This document shows positions 26,501 to 36,495 of a stretch of 42,767 nt of DNA, piece by piece. A model generated the notes under the pieces. It was not told the origin of the DNA, did not search any database, and saw only the letters and a list, made by a program, of their open reading frames with translations. Origin of the DNA: Nemertoderma westbladi (lineage: Eukaryota; Animalia; Xenacoelomorpha); assembly GCA_032718475.1 (NCBI GenBank), contig JAUCBJ010006739.1, positions 1 through 42,767 of the forward strand, given 5' to 3'. Both the position numbers and the translations under genes were made by a program. Numbering within the stretch: position 1 is the stretch's first letter; each line of letters begins with the position of its first letter.

Positions 26501-29500
26501 AAGTCGGGGAAAATATACAAGGAAAATAAAATGTTAGTCGGGGAAAATATACAAGGAAAATAAAAAGTAAGTCGGGGAAAATATACAAGGAAAATAAAAA
26601 GTAAATCGAGGGAAATATCCAAGGAAAATAAAAAGTAGGTCGGGGAAAATATACAAGAAAATAAAAAGTAGGTCGGGGAAAATATAGAAGGAAAATAGAA
26701 AGTAGGTCGCGGAAAATATACAAGGAAAATAAAAAGTAAGTGGTGGAAAATATACAAGGAAAATAAAAAGTAAGTTGTGGAAAATATACAAGGAAAATAA
26801 AAAGTAAATCAAGGGAAATATCCAAGGAAAATAAAAAGTAAGTCGGGGAAAATATACAAGGAAAATAAAAAGTAAGTCGGGGAAAATATACCAGGAAAAT
26901 AAAAAGTAGGTCGGGGAAAATATACAAGAAAATAAAAAGTAGGTCGGGGAAAATATAGAAGGAAAATAGAAAGTAGGTCGCGGAAAATATACAAGGAAAA
27001 TAAAAAGTAAGTGGTGGAAAATATACAAGGAAAATAAAAAGTAAGTTGTGGAAAATATACAAGGAAAATAAAAAGTAAATCAAGGGAAATATCCAAGGAA
27101 AATAAAAAGTAAGTCGGGGAAAATATACAAGGAAAATAAAAAGTAAGTCGGGGAAAATATACAAGGAAAATAAAAAGTAAGTCGAGGGAAATATCCAAGG
27201 AAAATAAAAAGTAGGTCGGGGAAAATATACAAGGAAAATAAATAGTTAGTCGGGGAAAATATACCAGGAAAATAAAAAGTAGGTCGGGGAAAATATACAA
27301 GAAAATAAAAAGTAGGTCGGGGAAAATATAGAAGGAAAATAGAAAGTAGGTCGCGGAAAATATACAAGGAAAATAAAAAGTAAGTGGTGGAAAATATACA
27401 AGGAAAATAAAAAGTAAGTCGGGGAAAATATACAAGGAAAATAAAAAGTTAGTCGAGGGAAATATCCAAGGAAAATAAAAAGTAAGTCGAGGGAAATATA
27501 CAAGGAAAATAAGAAGTAGGTCGGGGAAAATATACAAGGAAAATAAAAACTTAGTCGGAGAAAATATACAAGGAAAATAAAAAGTAAGTCAGGGAAAATA
27601 TACAAAGGAAATGAAAAGTAAGTTGTGGAAAATATACAACGAAAATAAAAAGTAGGTCGGGGAAAATATAAAAGGAAAATAAAAAGTAAGTCGGGGAAAA
27701 TATAAAAGGAAGATAAAAAGTAAGTCGGGGAAAATATCCAAGGAAAATAAAAAGTAGGTCGGGGAAAATATACAAGGAAAATAAGAAGTAGGTCGGGGAA
27801 AATATACAAGGAAAATAAAAAGTAAGTCGGGGAAAATATACAAGGAAAATAAAAAGTAAGTTGTGGAAAATATACAACGAAAATAAAAAGTAGGTCGGGG
27901 AAAATATCCAAGGAAAATAAAAAGTAGGTCGGGGAAAATATACAAGAAAAATAAAAAGTAAGTTGTGGAAAATATACAAGGAAAATAATAAGTAAGTTGT
28001 GGAAAATATACAAGGAAAATAAAAAGTTAGTCGAGGGAAAATATAAAAGGAAAATAAAAAGTAAGTTGTGGAAAATATACAAGGAAAATAATAAGTAAGT
28101 TGTGGAAAATATACAAGGAAAATAAAAAGTTAGTCGAGGGAAAATATAAAAGGAAAATAAAAAGTAAGTCGGGGAAAATATAAAAGGAAGATAAAAAGTA
28201 AGTCGGGGAAAATATACAAGGAAAATAAAAAGTAAGTCGAGGGAAATATACAAGGAAAATAAAAACTTAGTCGGAGAAAATATACAAGGAAAATAAAAAG
28301 TAGGTCGGGGAAAATATACAAGAAAAATAAAAAGTAAGTCGAGGGAAATATACAAGGAAAATAAAAACTTAGTCGGAGATAATATACAAGGAAAATAAAA
28401 AGTAGGTCGGGGAAAATATACAAGGAAAATAAAAAGTAAGTCGGGGAAAATATACAAGGAAAATAAAAAGTAAGTCGGGGAAAATATACAAGGAAAATAA
28501 AAAGTTAGTCGAGGGAAAATATAAAAGGAAAATAAAAAGTAAGTCGGGGAAAATATAAAAGGAAAATAAAAAGTAGGTCGGGGAAAATATACAAGGAAAA
28601 TAAAAAGTTAGTCGAGGGAAAATATCCAAGGAAAATAAAAAGTAAGTCGAGGGAAATATACAAGGAAAATAAAAACTTAGTCGGAGAAAATATACAAGGA
28701 AAATAAAAAGTTAGTCGGGGAAAATATACAAAGGAAATGAAAAGTAAGTTGTGGAAAATATACAAGAAAAATAAAAAGTAAGTCGAGGGAAATATACAAG
28801 GAAAATAAAAACTTAGTCGGAGAAAATATACAAGGAAAATAAAAAGTAGGTCGGGGAAAATATACAAGGAAAATAAAAAGTAAGTCGGGGAAAATATACA
28901 AGGAAAATAAAAAGTAAGTCGGGGAAAATATACAAAGGAAATGAAAAGTAAGTTGTGGAAAATATACAAGGAAAATAAAAAGTAAGTCGAGGGAAATATA
29001 CAAGGAAAATAAAAACTTAGTCGGAGAAAATATACAAGGAAAATAAAAAGTTAGTCGGGGAAAATATAAAAGGAAGATAAAAAGTAAGTCGGGGAAAATA
29101 TCCAAGGAAAATAAAAAGTAGGTCGGGGAAAATATACAAGGAAAATAAGAAGTAGGTCGGGGAAAATATACAAGGAAAATAAAAAGTAAGTCGGGGAAAA
29201 TATCCAAGGAAAATAAAAAGTAGGTCGGGGAAAATATACAAGGAAAATAAGAAGTAGGTCGGGGAAAATATACAAGAAAAATAAAAAGTGAGTCGGGGAA
29301 AATATAAAATATAGAAGGAAAATAGAAAGTAGGTCGCGGAAAATATACAAGGAAAATAAAAAGTGAGTCGGGGAAAATATACAAGGAAAATAAGAAGTAG
29401 GTCGGGGAAAATATAAAAGGAAAATAATAAGTAAGTCGGGGAAAATATACAAGGAAAATAAAAAGTTAGTCGGGGAAAATATAAAAGGAAAATAAAAAGT

Positions 29501-29843
29501 AAGTCGGGGAAAATATACAAGGAAAATAAAAAGTAGGTCGGGGAAAATATACAAGGAAAATAAAAAGTAGGTCGGGGAAAATATACAAGGAAAATAAAAA
29601 GTAAGTCGGGGAAAATATACAAGGAAAATAAAAAGTAGGTCGGGGAAAATATACAAGGAAAATAAAAAGTAAGTCGGGGAAAATATACAAGGAAAATAAA
29701 ACGTAAGTCAAGGAAAATATACAAAGGAAATGAAAAGTAAGTTGTGGAAAATATACAAGGAAAATAAAAAGTAAGTCGGGGAAAATATACAAGGAAAATA
29801 AAACGTAAGTCAAGGAAAATATACAAGGAAAATAAAAAGTAAA
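11580..29843. repeat. 34-bp satellite array, ~18.3 kb (~535 monomers), with higher-order repeats
   Basis: Plus-strand consensus gtaggtcggggaaaatatacaaggaaaataaaaa with recurrent variants (gtaagtc, gttgtgg, ggaagggg, tcgaggg, gtcgcgg, atatcc). GGAAAATA occurs twice per unit (21+13 substructure). Confidence 0.98.
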
Positions 29844-29846
29844 GCC

Positions 29847-29911
29847 TTACTTACTTACTTATTTTCCCCGACTAACTTTTTTAATTTCCTTGTATATTTC
29901 CCCCGACTTAC
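29847..29911. repeat. Inverted satellite units capping the array
   Basis: ttacttacttacttattttccccgactaacttttttaatttccttgtatatttcccccgacttac = reverse complement of ~1.5-2 monomers. Confidence 0.9.
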
Positions 29912-29919
29912 AATTCGGG

Positions 29920-30199
29920 AAAAATACACGCCTAATGTTCACACTGTAATCTTGTGGTACATAGATTATAAAACTTTAGTAAATACAGTAATATTATGAA
30001 AATAGTATTAAAAAAATACACGCCTAATGTTCACACTGTAATCTTGTGGTACATAGATTATAAAACTTTAGTAAATACAGTAATATTATGAAAATAGTAT
30101 TAAAAAAATACACGCCTAATGTTCACACTGTAATCTTGTGGTACATAGATTATAAAACTTTAGTAAATACAGTAATATTATGAAAATAGTATTAAAAAA
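29920..30199. repeat. 92-bp tandem repeat, 3 near-identical copies
   Basis: tacacgcctaatgttcacactgtaatcttgtgg... begins at 29925, 30017 and 30109. Confidence 0.95.
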
Positions 30200-30447
30200 T
30201 GCCCGGAATATCTGCTCCGTTCATATCCGGCCAGAATTGACAAAAATCCGGCCGTATATTTTATGTTATTAGTTGTATGTTATTTTGTTACTTTTTTTTT
30301 TTAAAGTAAAAAAGAAACAAAATTAATTTCCCGGGCGCCCCTACCTCATATAAATTCAAATTATTATATATTAAACTAGAAAAGCCAGAAAGCTGACTGT
30401 AAACGTAACTGTCTAACTCTAAATCGAAATTTAAGATTAAACAAAAA

Positions 30448-30519
30448 GACCTGATCAGGGATCGAACCCAGAACTTTCACACCTTAAGTCTGGCGCTTTA
30501 CGGAGTGAGCTAACTGAGA
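30448..30519 (-). pseudogene. tRNA-derived sequence (SINE head or tRNA pseudogene) in the intron
   Basis: A-box-like TAGCTCACTCCG and B-box GGTTCGATCCC at tRNA spacing. Acceptor and anticodon stems do not pair, so it is not a functional tRNA. Confidence 0.6.
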
Positions 30520-30621
30520 TAAATCACCAGAAAAAAACAAGAATTACACCTATAAAAGAATCAGCTTCCTTATAATCAAATACAATAATGTAATATTTAA
30601 TTAACAATTAATAATATTTAC

Positions 30622-31062
30622 CTTGGCACAGTACATGCATTCTAGAACGGGTTTACTCAGCTGCGGTTTGGCCACACGCGGTCTCGAAGCAGCCTTCGTA
30701 CTGCCGGCGCGAGACTCCCCACTCCCGTTGGCGGTGGGACCACCGCCGGTGCCGTGAACCCTCACCATGTGCTGCACCAGGGCGGCCTTCCCCCGGAAGG
30801 ACCGCGGGCACTTATCGCAGGCCCACCCCGGTACCTCGGGCTCTCGTCTAAACGGTTCCATGTGGTACCGCTGGAAGTGCGCGTGCAACAGGGTCCGGTT
30901 CACGAAGGATTTATTGCAGACGCTACAGAACCAGGACTGGCCTCTGTGCAGCGCTTTGCAGTGGGAGACCAGGGAACCCTTGGAACCCAGGAGTTTCCCA
31001 CAGATGTCGCAGTCGAAGGATTCCTTGTTGTGTATCAACTTCCTGTGGGCAATGGCGGCCAC
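30622..31062 (-). CDS. C2H2 zinc-finger gene, internal exon (441 bp, phase 0-0)
   Basis: Acceptor gtctccctccctacag|GTG (exon starts 31062); tail of a finger (VAAIAHRKLIH), then CDIC..HCKALH, CSVC..HFQRYH, CDKC..HMVRVH, a G/S/K/R-rich linker and CMYCAK; donor |gtaaat. Confidence 0.9.
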
Positions 31063-31427
31063 CTGTAGGGAGGGAGACGAGGCGGTAATGGTACCGAATA
31101 GTCCTGCATCCTACATACAGTAGACAAGCTATGTTTATCTCTGATTGAGATACACCGTCTGTATTATTGGGGGTACGGATAATTCCGACCCAATCAGAGA
31201 TCGAATAAAAATTTCATGTGTCGGAATTACCCGGATCCAGCGTAGGACAATTCCGACACAAATAATTTAATAATAATAATAATAATAAATAATAATTTTA
31301 TTTAACTACTGTTTTTTTTGTTTTACTATTTTATTATTCTACATAAGATTGCTGGGTCCATGGATATTTAGATTTATAGACACGTTTGCTATGTAATTTT
31401 ATAGTTGTATAGTATTTTTCGAATTGG

Positions 31428-34424
31428 GTGCATTCGGTATACCGAACACACCCTCGGTGTGCCCAAAACACACCAGTACTGGTACTAGTGTGTTTTGGGT
31501 GTGTTATAAATATATTTATCCGTGGTCCGTCACCCCCGCGGACCACCCCGGGTCCATCACCATCGCCGGGCCCGCGGACTGCCCCGGGTCCGTCGCCCAC
31601 GCCGGGTCCACGGACCGCCCCGGGTCCGTCACCCTCACCGGGCCCGCGGACCGCCCCGGCTCCGTCGCAGACTTCCCAAGTATCCTTAACACTATGGAAT
31701 GTGGAGGGCCTGAACACTGTTTTAAACCTATCTCACAACGACGTAGTTTTTAGTTCAGACGTTTTACTATTAACGGAAACAATGTTAACGCAAACTCTAA
31801 ACATTCCTGATTTTTATGTCTACAAATCACTGGCTACTATGCCTACCGGAAGGGGGCGCCCCATGGGCGGTCTAACCGTGGCAGTAAAACCCCACCTCAA
31901 CCCGAAAGAGTTAGCGAAAGAAGATTCGTACATTATAGTCTCAACAGATACTGGTTTATATGTCTGCTGCTATTTCCCGCCATCCACCTCACTAATCGAC
32001 TTCATTGTGGGGATATCAGAGATGCTCAGCCACATTCCAAGTGATTTCTCCGGCGACATCACAATTGGTGGCGACTTCAACGCTAGACTCGACACGGACA
32101 ACAACGAAAAAGCTGCGGCGCTGCTGGATTTGATGGAAGACGCAGAGCTCTTCCTACAAACTGACCCATCATCACCCACTTATATATGCCACAACAGAAG
32201 CAGCACAGTAGACGCAATATTTGCAACCAAACATGCCACATCGGTCTCTTATTCCGCCAATCCACTCCGGAAACACATCCCAATATCTGCAATATGGAAG
32301 ACCGATTATCCAGCTTCCAAAGAACTGCATGAAGAAGTACGGACTCACAAGAAACGGATGATTGACATCGCCAAACTCCAGAACGACAACCGTATCCAAG
32401 AAGCCAACAGTCTGCTCCAGATTGGAGCCATCGACGATGCCTACGAGAAGCTGACAAGCACCATGCGAGCAGCTGCGCCTGACTGCCAGTTACACAGCCA
32501 TACGGCTAAGCCATGGTTTGACTCGGAGTGTTTTACCAAACGCCGAGAGGTATTATCTTTAAACGCCAGAGCCAAGACTGACCCCACAGTCCGAGAACAC
32601 CTTGGCGAAGTCAAACGGGACTATAAAGGTCTATTGTCAAACAAATGCGACACATTCGCAAAGAAGATGGAGGATAAACTAATAGCGGAGGCCGAGCAGC
32701 AACCGTATCGATGGTCCAAAACGAGGAAGAACAGGAGCAGTTGCCCGGTTCCACTAGAAACCTGGGAGTCCCAGTTTGCTAACATTCTCTCAGCCAACCC
32801 CAATCACGAGTTAGATCTCGACGACAACTCGGACAGTGACCTCGCAGACGATGCTGAACCACACGGCCTCGAATATATCACAACAGAAACCGAACCCCCA
32901 TTCACTCCAGACGAGGTTGAATCCGCCATGCGTGGAAAGAAATCTGGAAAATCCGGAGGTCCAGACAAGGTACCCTATGAACTTTTCCAAGCTGCAATCC
33001 CCGTAGTTCTACTTCTCTGGACCACACTACTAAACATCTGTCTCGCTTCTGGCAATTTAGTTACTTGCTGGAAGAACAGCATCATGATGGTCCTCTACAA
33101 GGGCAATGGGTCCCGGTCAAATCCAGATTCCTATAGAGGAATCGCACTGCTCTGCAACGCCTTCAAAATCCTAACGAGTCTGGTAGAGAAACGCGTCCGC
33201 AGTCGTGTTTCCCATCGTATCCCACCTGAACAGTTCGGATTTATGCCGGGAAAGTCCACAACATTGCCATTATCACAATTAATAAAACAAATTCACGAGA
33301 ATCTATCCTCTCCTAAGAAGCCATTATACGCTGTTTATATTGACTTCCGCAAAGCATTCGATTCAGTACCCAGATCCAAGTTACTATTTAAACTCCGGTT
33401 TCATTTCAACATTAGGGGCAACCTTTATATGTTAATAAAATGCATCTTAAAGATCAACTACATACAAATCTTCGACGGCCTCAGAAAGTCGAAAATAGTC
33501 GAGCAAACACGGGGAGTTCTTCAGGGAGACAGTCTCAGCCCCCTGCTGTTTATTCTGTTCATATTTGACATTGTCAGCCACATTAAACGTGCAATTGCCC
33601 ACATCGGTAAACTCATAATATTGCTCTTCGCCGACGATCTCTTGTTTTACGGAGACTCCCGGGAGGCAGCGCAGGCCGGGCTCGATGCGGTCGCAGTTTG
33701 GTCGGCAAAAAACGGTCTTGACGTGAACCTAACGAAAACCAAAATTATGAAGTTCCGTCGTGGCGGTCGCCTCGCCAATGCCGACAAGTTCACGTACAAC
33801 GGAAACCCGGTCGAGATTGTCAACTCTTACAAATATCTCGGCATCACCCTGCAGACGACTCTAAGTTTCTCGAAGCATGTAGCGGCAACTATGTGCAAAG
33901 CAGTCATGGCCATCCACTCAATTAACAAACCCGAACTGCTATCACTTACTACATCTATCAAATTGTTCCAGATAAAGATTTTACCAATCGCCCTCTATGG
34001 TTGCAGGGAAATCTGGCCGTTCCTTACTGTAGCCAATATGATCGCAATCGACAAGATTAAATCTACTTACTTAAAGAAAGCGCTTTGCCTACACAAGTCA
34101 ACCCACAACCGGCTAGTCATTGCACTCTGTAATGAACGGACTCTCGTCGCAGACATCGTCTCCAAACTCCGTCTTCCACTAACTGCAAACTATAATAGCT
34201 ACAGGGACATCGTAGCTCTCAAAACCAGCGAAATCCCCACCGGTTTCTGGCAGTCGCTCGGGTTCACTGACCGCAGTTGGTGTGGCCCAAACCGTAGACA
34301 GCGGCACGTGACCACGCGCTTCAGCGTGCACGGTTTTCACCACCGTATCTGTAAAAGCTTTTGTGGGATAACTGATTCGTTTGCCTTGCTGGCCAGTTCC
34401 CCCCTGGTCGCTAGAATACTCTAA
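31428..34424 (+). CDS. LINE ORF2-like endonuclease/reverse transcriptase (open frame; both ends chimeric)
   Basis: APE motifs WNVEG, LLTET, GGDFNAR, STVDAIF; RT motifs YRGIALL, QFGF, DFRKAFDSV, GVLQGDSLSPLLF, FADD, YKYLG. No in-frame ATG before the APE domain. The last ~20 aa derive from the inserted element. Confidence 0.9.
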   Translation: MHSVYRTHPRCAQNTPVLVLVCFGCVINIFIRGPSPPRTTPGPSPSPGPRTAPGPSPTPGPRTAPGPSPSPGPRTAPAPSQTSQVSLTLWNVEGLNTVLNLSHNDVVFSSDVLLLTETMLTQTLNIPDFYVYKSLATMPTGRGRPMGGLTVAVKPHLNPKELAKEDSYIIVSTDTGLYVCCYFPPSTSLIDFIVGISEMLSHIPSDFSGDITIGGDFNARLDTDNNEKAAALLDLMEDAELFLQTDPSSPTYICHNRSSTVDAIFATKHATSVSYSANPLRKHIPISAIWKTDYPASKELHEEVRTHKKRMIDIAKLQNDNRIQEANSLLQIGAIDDAYEKLTSTMRAAAPDCQLHSHTAKPWFDSECFTKRREVLSLNARAKTDPTVREHLGEVKRDYKGLLSNKCDTFAKKMEDKLIAEAEQQPYRWSKTRKNRSSCPVPLETWESQFANILSANPNHELDLDDNSDSDLADDAEPHGLEYITTETEPPFTPDEVESAMRGKKSGKSGGPDKVPYELFQAAIPVVLLLWTTLLNICLASGNLVTCWKNSIMMVLYKGNGSRSNPDSYRGIALLCNAFKILTSLVEKRVRSRVSHRIPPEQFGFMPGKSTTLPLSQLIKQIHENLSSPKKPLYAVYIDFRKAFDSVPRSKLLFKLRFHFNIRGNLYMLIKCILKINYIQIFDGLRKSKIVEQTRGVLQGDSLSPLLFILFIFDIVSHIKRAIAHIGKLIILLFADDLLFYGDSREAAQAGLDAVAVWSAKNGLDVNLTKTKIMKFRRGGRLANADKFTYNGNPVEIVNSYKYLGITLQTTLSFSKHVAATMCKAVMAIHSINKPELLSLTTSIKLFQIKILPIALYGCREIWPFLTVANMIAIDKIKSTYLKKALCLHKSTHNRLVIALCNERTLVADIVSKLRLPLTANYNSYRDIVALKTSEIPTGFWQSLGFTDRSWCGPNRRQRHVTTRFSVHGFHHRICKSFCGITDSFALLASSPLVARIL
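31519..31670 (+). repeat. 36-bp GC-rich tandem repeat (~4 copies) encoding PGPRTAPGPSPS
   Basis: ccgggcccgcggaccgccccgggtccgtcaccctca-like units directly before the APE domain. Confidence 0.85.
31519..34361 (+). mobile_element. Non-LTR retrotransposon (LINE, APE-RT type), 5'-truncated and interrupted near its 3' end
   Basis: Abrupt switch from AT-rich to GC-rich sequence at ~31519. Uninterrupted APE and RT coding. Similarity to LINE C-termini stops after HGFHHRIC, with no zinc knuckle, 3'UTR or tail. Confidence 0.88.
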
Positions 34425-34978
34425 AAGGGATCTATAGGTAAAATAGTGCAAGCTACCAGCTTATTGGCTGATGGGCTGTACGAAGGTATCTGGGTTCTGT
34501 TCGATCAGCCAACCAGCTTAGGGAGGTTGCCTTAGCCCTGCTGTCCGTATCGGCCAATAGAATTTGAGTGGGCGTTGATTTTGACCTATCCCAGAGCTAC
34601 TGAACTGAATTTCCTATCTTTATGCTCATCCTCTGTGTTGGACGGGAGCTTCGGGGAATAAGGGTAGTTGGTATCCTCGTATAGTTATTCTAGTCATATG
34701 ATTCTTCATATGATTCTGTTGTTGTGCTCCCATTTTTCGCCATAACACCGGCTTTTGGGAAGAACTCCAGTAAAACTGCTTAAATTATCGAAAGTATAAC
34801 TGTTACCTCACTAAACTCACTTACTTACCTAATCTCACTTAATTTAACTGCACTAATCATATTGTTTGTACTGTTATTTACCGTCAGTTATTAATTGTAT
34901 AGATTTGTTGATGAATTATTGCCCTTTGGAGAATACGGATAAATCACCCAAAATTCCCAATTTTCTTGATACACTACA
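34362..34978 (+). repeat. Candidate 5' LTR of the BEL/Pao element
   Basis: TGT... start and ...ACTACA end. The second LTR is outside the window and no canonical TGG PBS follows, so the end is tentative. Confidence 0.35.
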
Positions 34979-35618
34979 GGTTAGAGAGACAGGCTATACA
35001 TAACAATTGCGATTTATATCAATGTGGTGTGTATTGAATCTAATGTTATTTAGCAGACCCTACATGAGTCAATTGCTGCTCTCTTTATGTGTGATCAAGT
35101 TTACTGACGGTCGGCAGAATAGTGTGCGTGAGTGTGATTGGTAACAAAGCATTTCCTAAAGAATGCGCCTTATACTTTAATTATAAGCATTATCGTTGCG
35201 TTTAGTATAAGTCCTAGCTCTGTTTAAATAGATAGAGCGCCACGTCCTAAAGGAACTGTTAATATTTCCCGAAAGCCAATAATATCTGTCAGAAATTAAT
35301 TATTAACGATCTATCGAATAATACAGTAGGTTTACACTGCAACCTTACACTGCAATAATAAAATTTAAGCATCCGAATTCAGCCTCCCGGGTGTAGATCC
35401 ATCGGGTGAATGATCGCGCATGGGCTGACTTCGGCTAATGTTTTGTTTATTAGCATAAAATATTGTCGTATGCTAAAGGTGTTTTAATTAACTAAAAGAC
35501 ATATAAATTTTGGCAGGTTAAACTGCTAAAGGTCTTCAAAAGCGCGAACAGTAACAGTTATAAATCTTATTGCAGTAAGCAATAAGGTTGCAAAATACCG
35601 TAGTGACCGGTAAATCTG

Positions 35619-35748
35619 AACCGGTACTTCTGTAGGTCAGTAGGCCCAACTGCCAGAACCGGTACTGCTGTAGGTCCGTAGGTCCAACTGCCAGAACCGG
35701 TACTTCTGTAGGTCTGTAGGCCCAACTGTCCTAACCGGTACTGCTGTA
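35619..35748. repeat. 38-bp tandem repeat (~3.4 copies) in BEL leader
   Basis: aaccggtacttctgtaggtcagtaggcccaactgccag units at 35619, 35657, 35695 and 35733. Confidence 0.9.
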
Positions 35749-35914
35749 TCAGTACATTAGTATTATTCGAATTTGATTAGTGTATACCGGTAGGTCTTAG
35801 TACTTAATCAGGGACTGCAGCCCTGAATTTTTATTGAGATTCTACTTATTTCTGTCGGTTTTATTTACTAGTAGGCTAATATTGAGCAGAAGGCGTGTGA
35901 CCCTGCTCAGATTG

Positions 35915-36495
35915 TTCAGATAATTGTAGGCTGAGCTGCTGTCTGACTGTTGTTGGGTTTGGAGAGATTACGGCGTGTGTAGAGTTTGTCTGATAAAGTG
36001 CCGTTAGTAAGTTGGGGCAGCCATATGCTGTAAGGTCAATCCCCTCTTAAAGAATAAGTCGTACTACCGTGTTAGAACGCATACTAACTAACTGTTTCAG
36101 AATCTGCATATACTGTAGTTTATTTAGGCTTGATCGTAGTCTGCCAGTGTTTTAGCCTGTGTTTGTTTGTGTGGTCTGTTCAGGTACCGTAATAGTTATT
36201 ACTCAGATATTTTGTAGGCTGGATTGTTGTCTAGCTATTATTAGGTCTGAAGAGATTGCTGTGTGTGTGGAGTTTGTCTGATAAAGTGCGGTTAGTAAGT
36301 TGGGGCAGCCATATGCTGTAAGGTCAATCCCCTCTTAAAGAATAAGTCGTACTACCGTGTTAGAACGCATACTAACTAACCATTTCAGAATCTACACGTA
36401 CGGTAGTTTATTTAGGCTTGGTGGTAGTCTGCCAGCGTTTGGTTTGTATTTTGTTTGAGTATTCTGTACGGGTAGCGTAATATTTATTATTCAGA
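35915..36495. repeat. ~288-bp two-copy duplication in BEL leader
   Basis: gagtttgtctgataaagtgc.gttagtaagttggggcagccatatgctgtaagg... at 35982 and 36270. Confidence 0.9.

Larger units (their letters stand above)
11572..30621 (-). other. 19,050-bp phase-0 GT-AG intron of the zinc-finger gene
   Basis: Donor AAG|gtaaat at 30621, acceptor ttcttcag at 11572. Joining restores a canonical C-x2-C-x12-H-x4-H finger. Confidence 0.85.

Noticed and set aside
11547-29826. Dozens of long F/L/I/Y/P-rich minus-strand ORFs (up to 1059 aa) resembling membrane proteins
   Set aside because: They are translations of a stop-poor 34-bp satellite in all three frames, mostly with non-ATG starts, and lie inside an intron.
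11580-29843. CRISPR-like array (repeat length ~34 bp)
   Set aside because: No unique spacers, no cas genes, eukaryotic context; it is a head-to-tail satellite.
10447-29843. Common origin of the 17-bp and 34-bp (2x17) repeats
   Set aside because: The sequences are unrelated and the 34-mer divides 21+13, not 17+17.
30448-30519. Functional tRNA-Leu(TAA) gene
   Set aside because: Acceptor and anticodon stems do not pair and there is no long variable arm; kept only as tRNA-derived.
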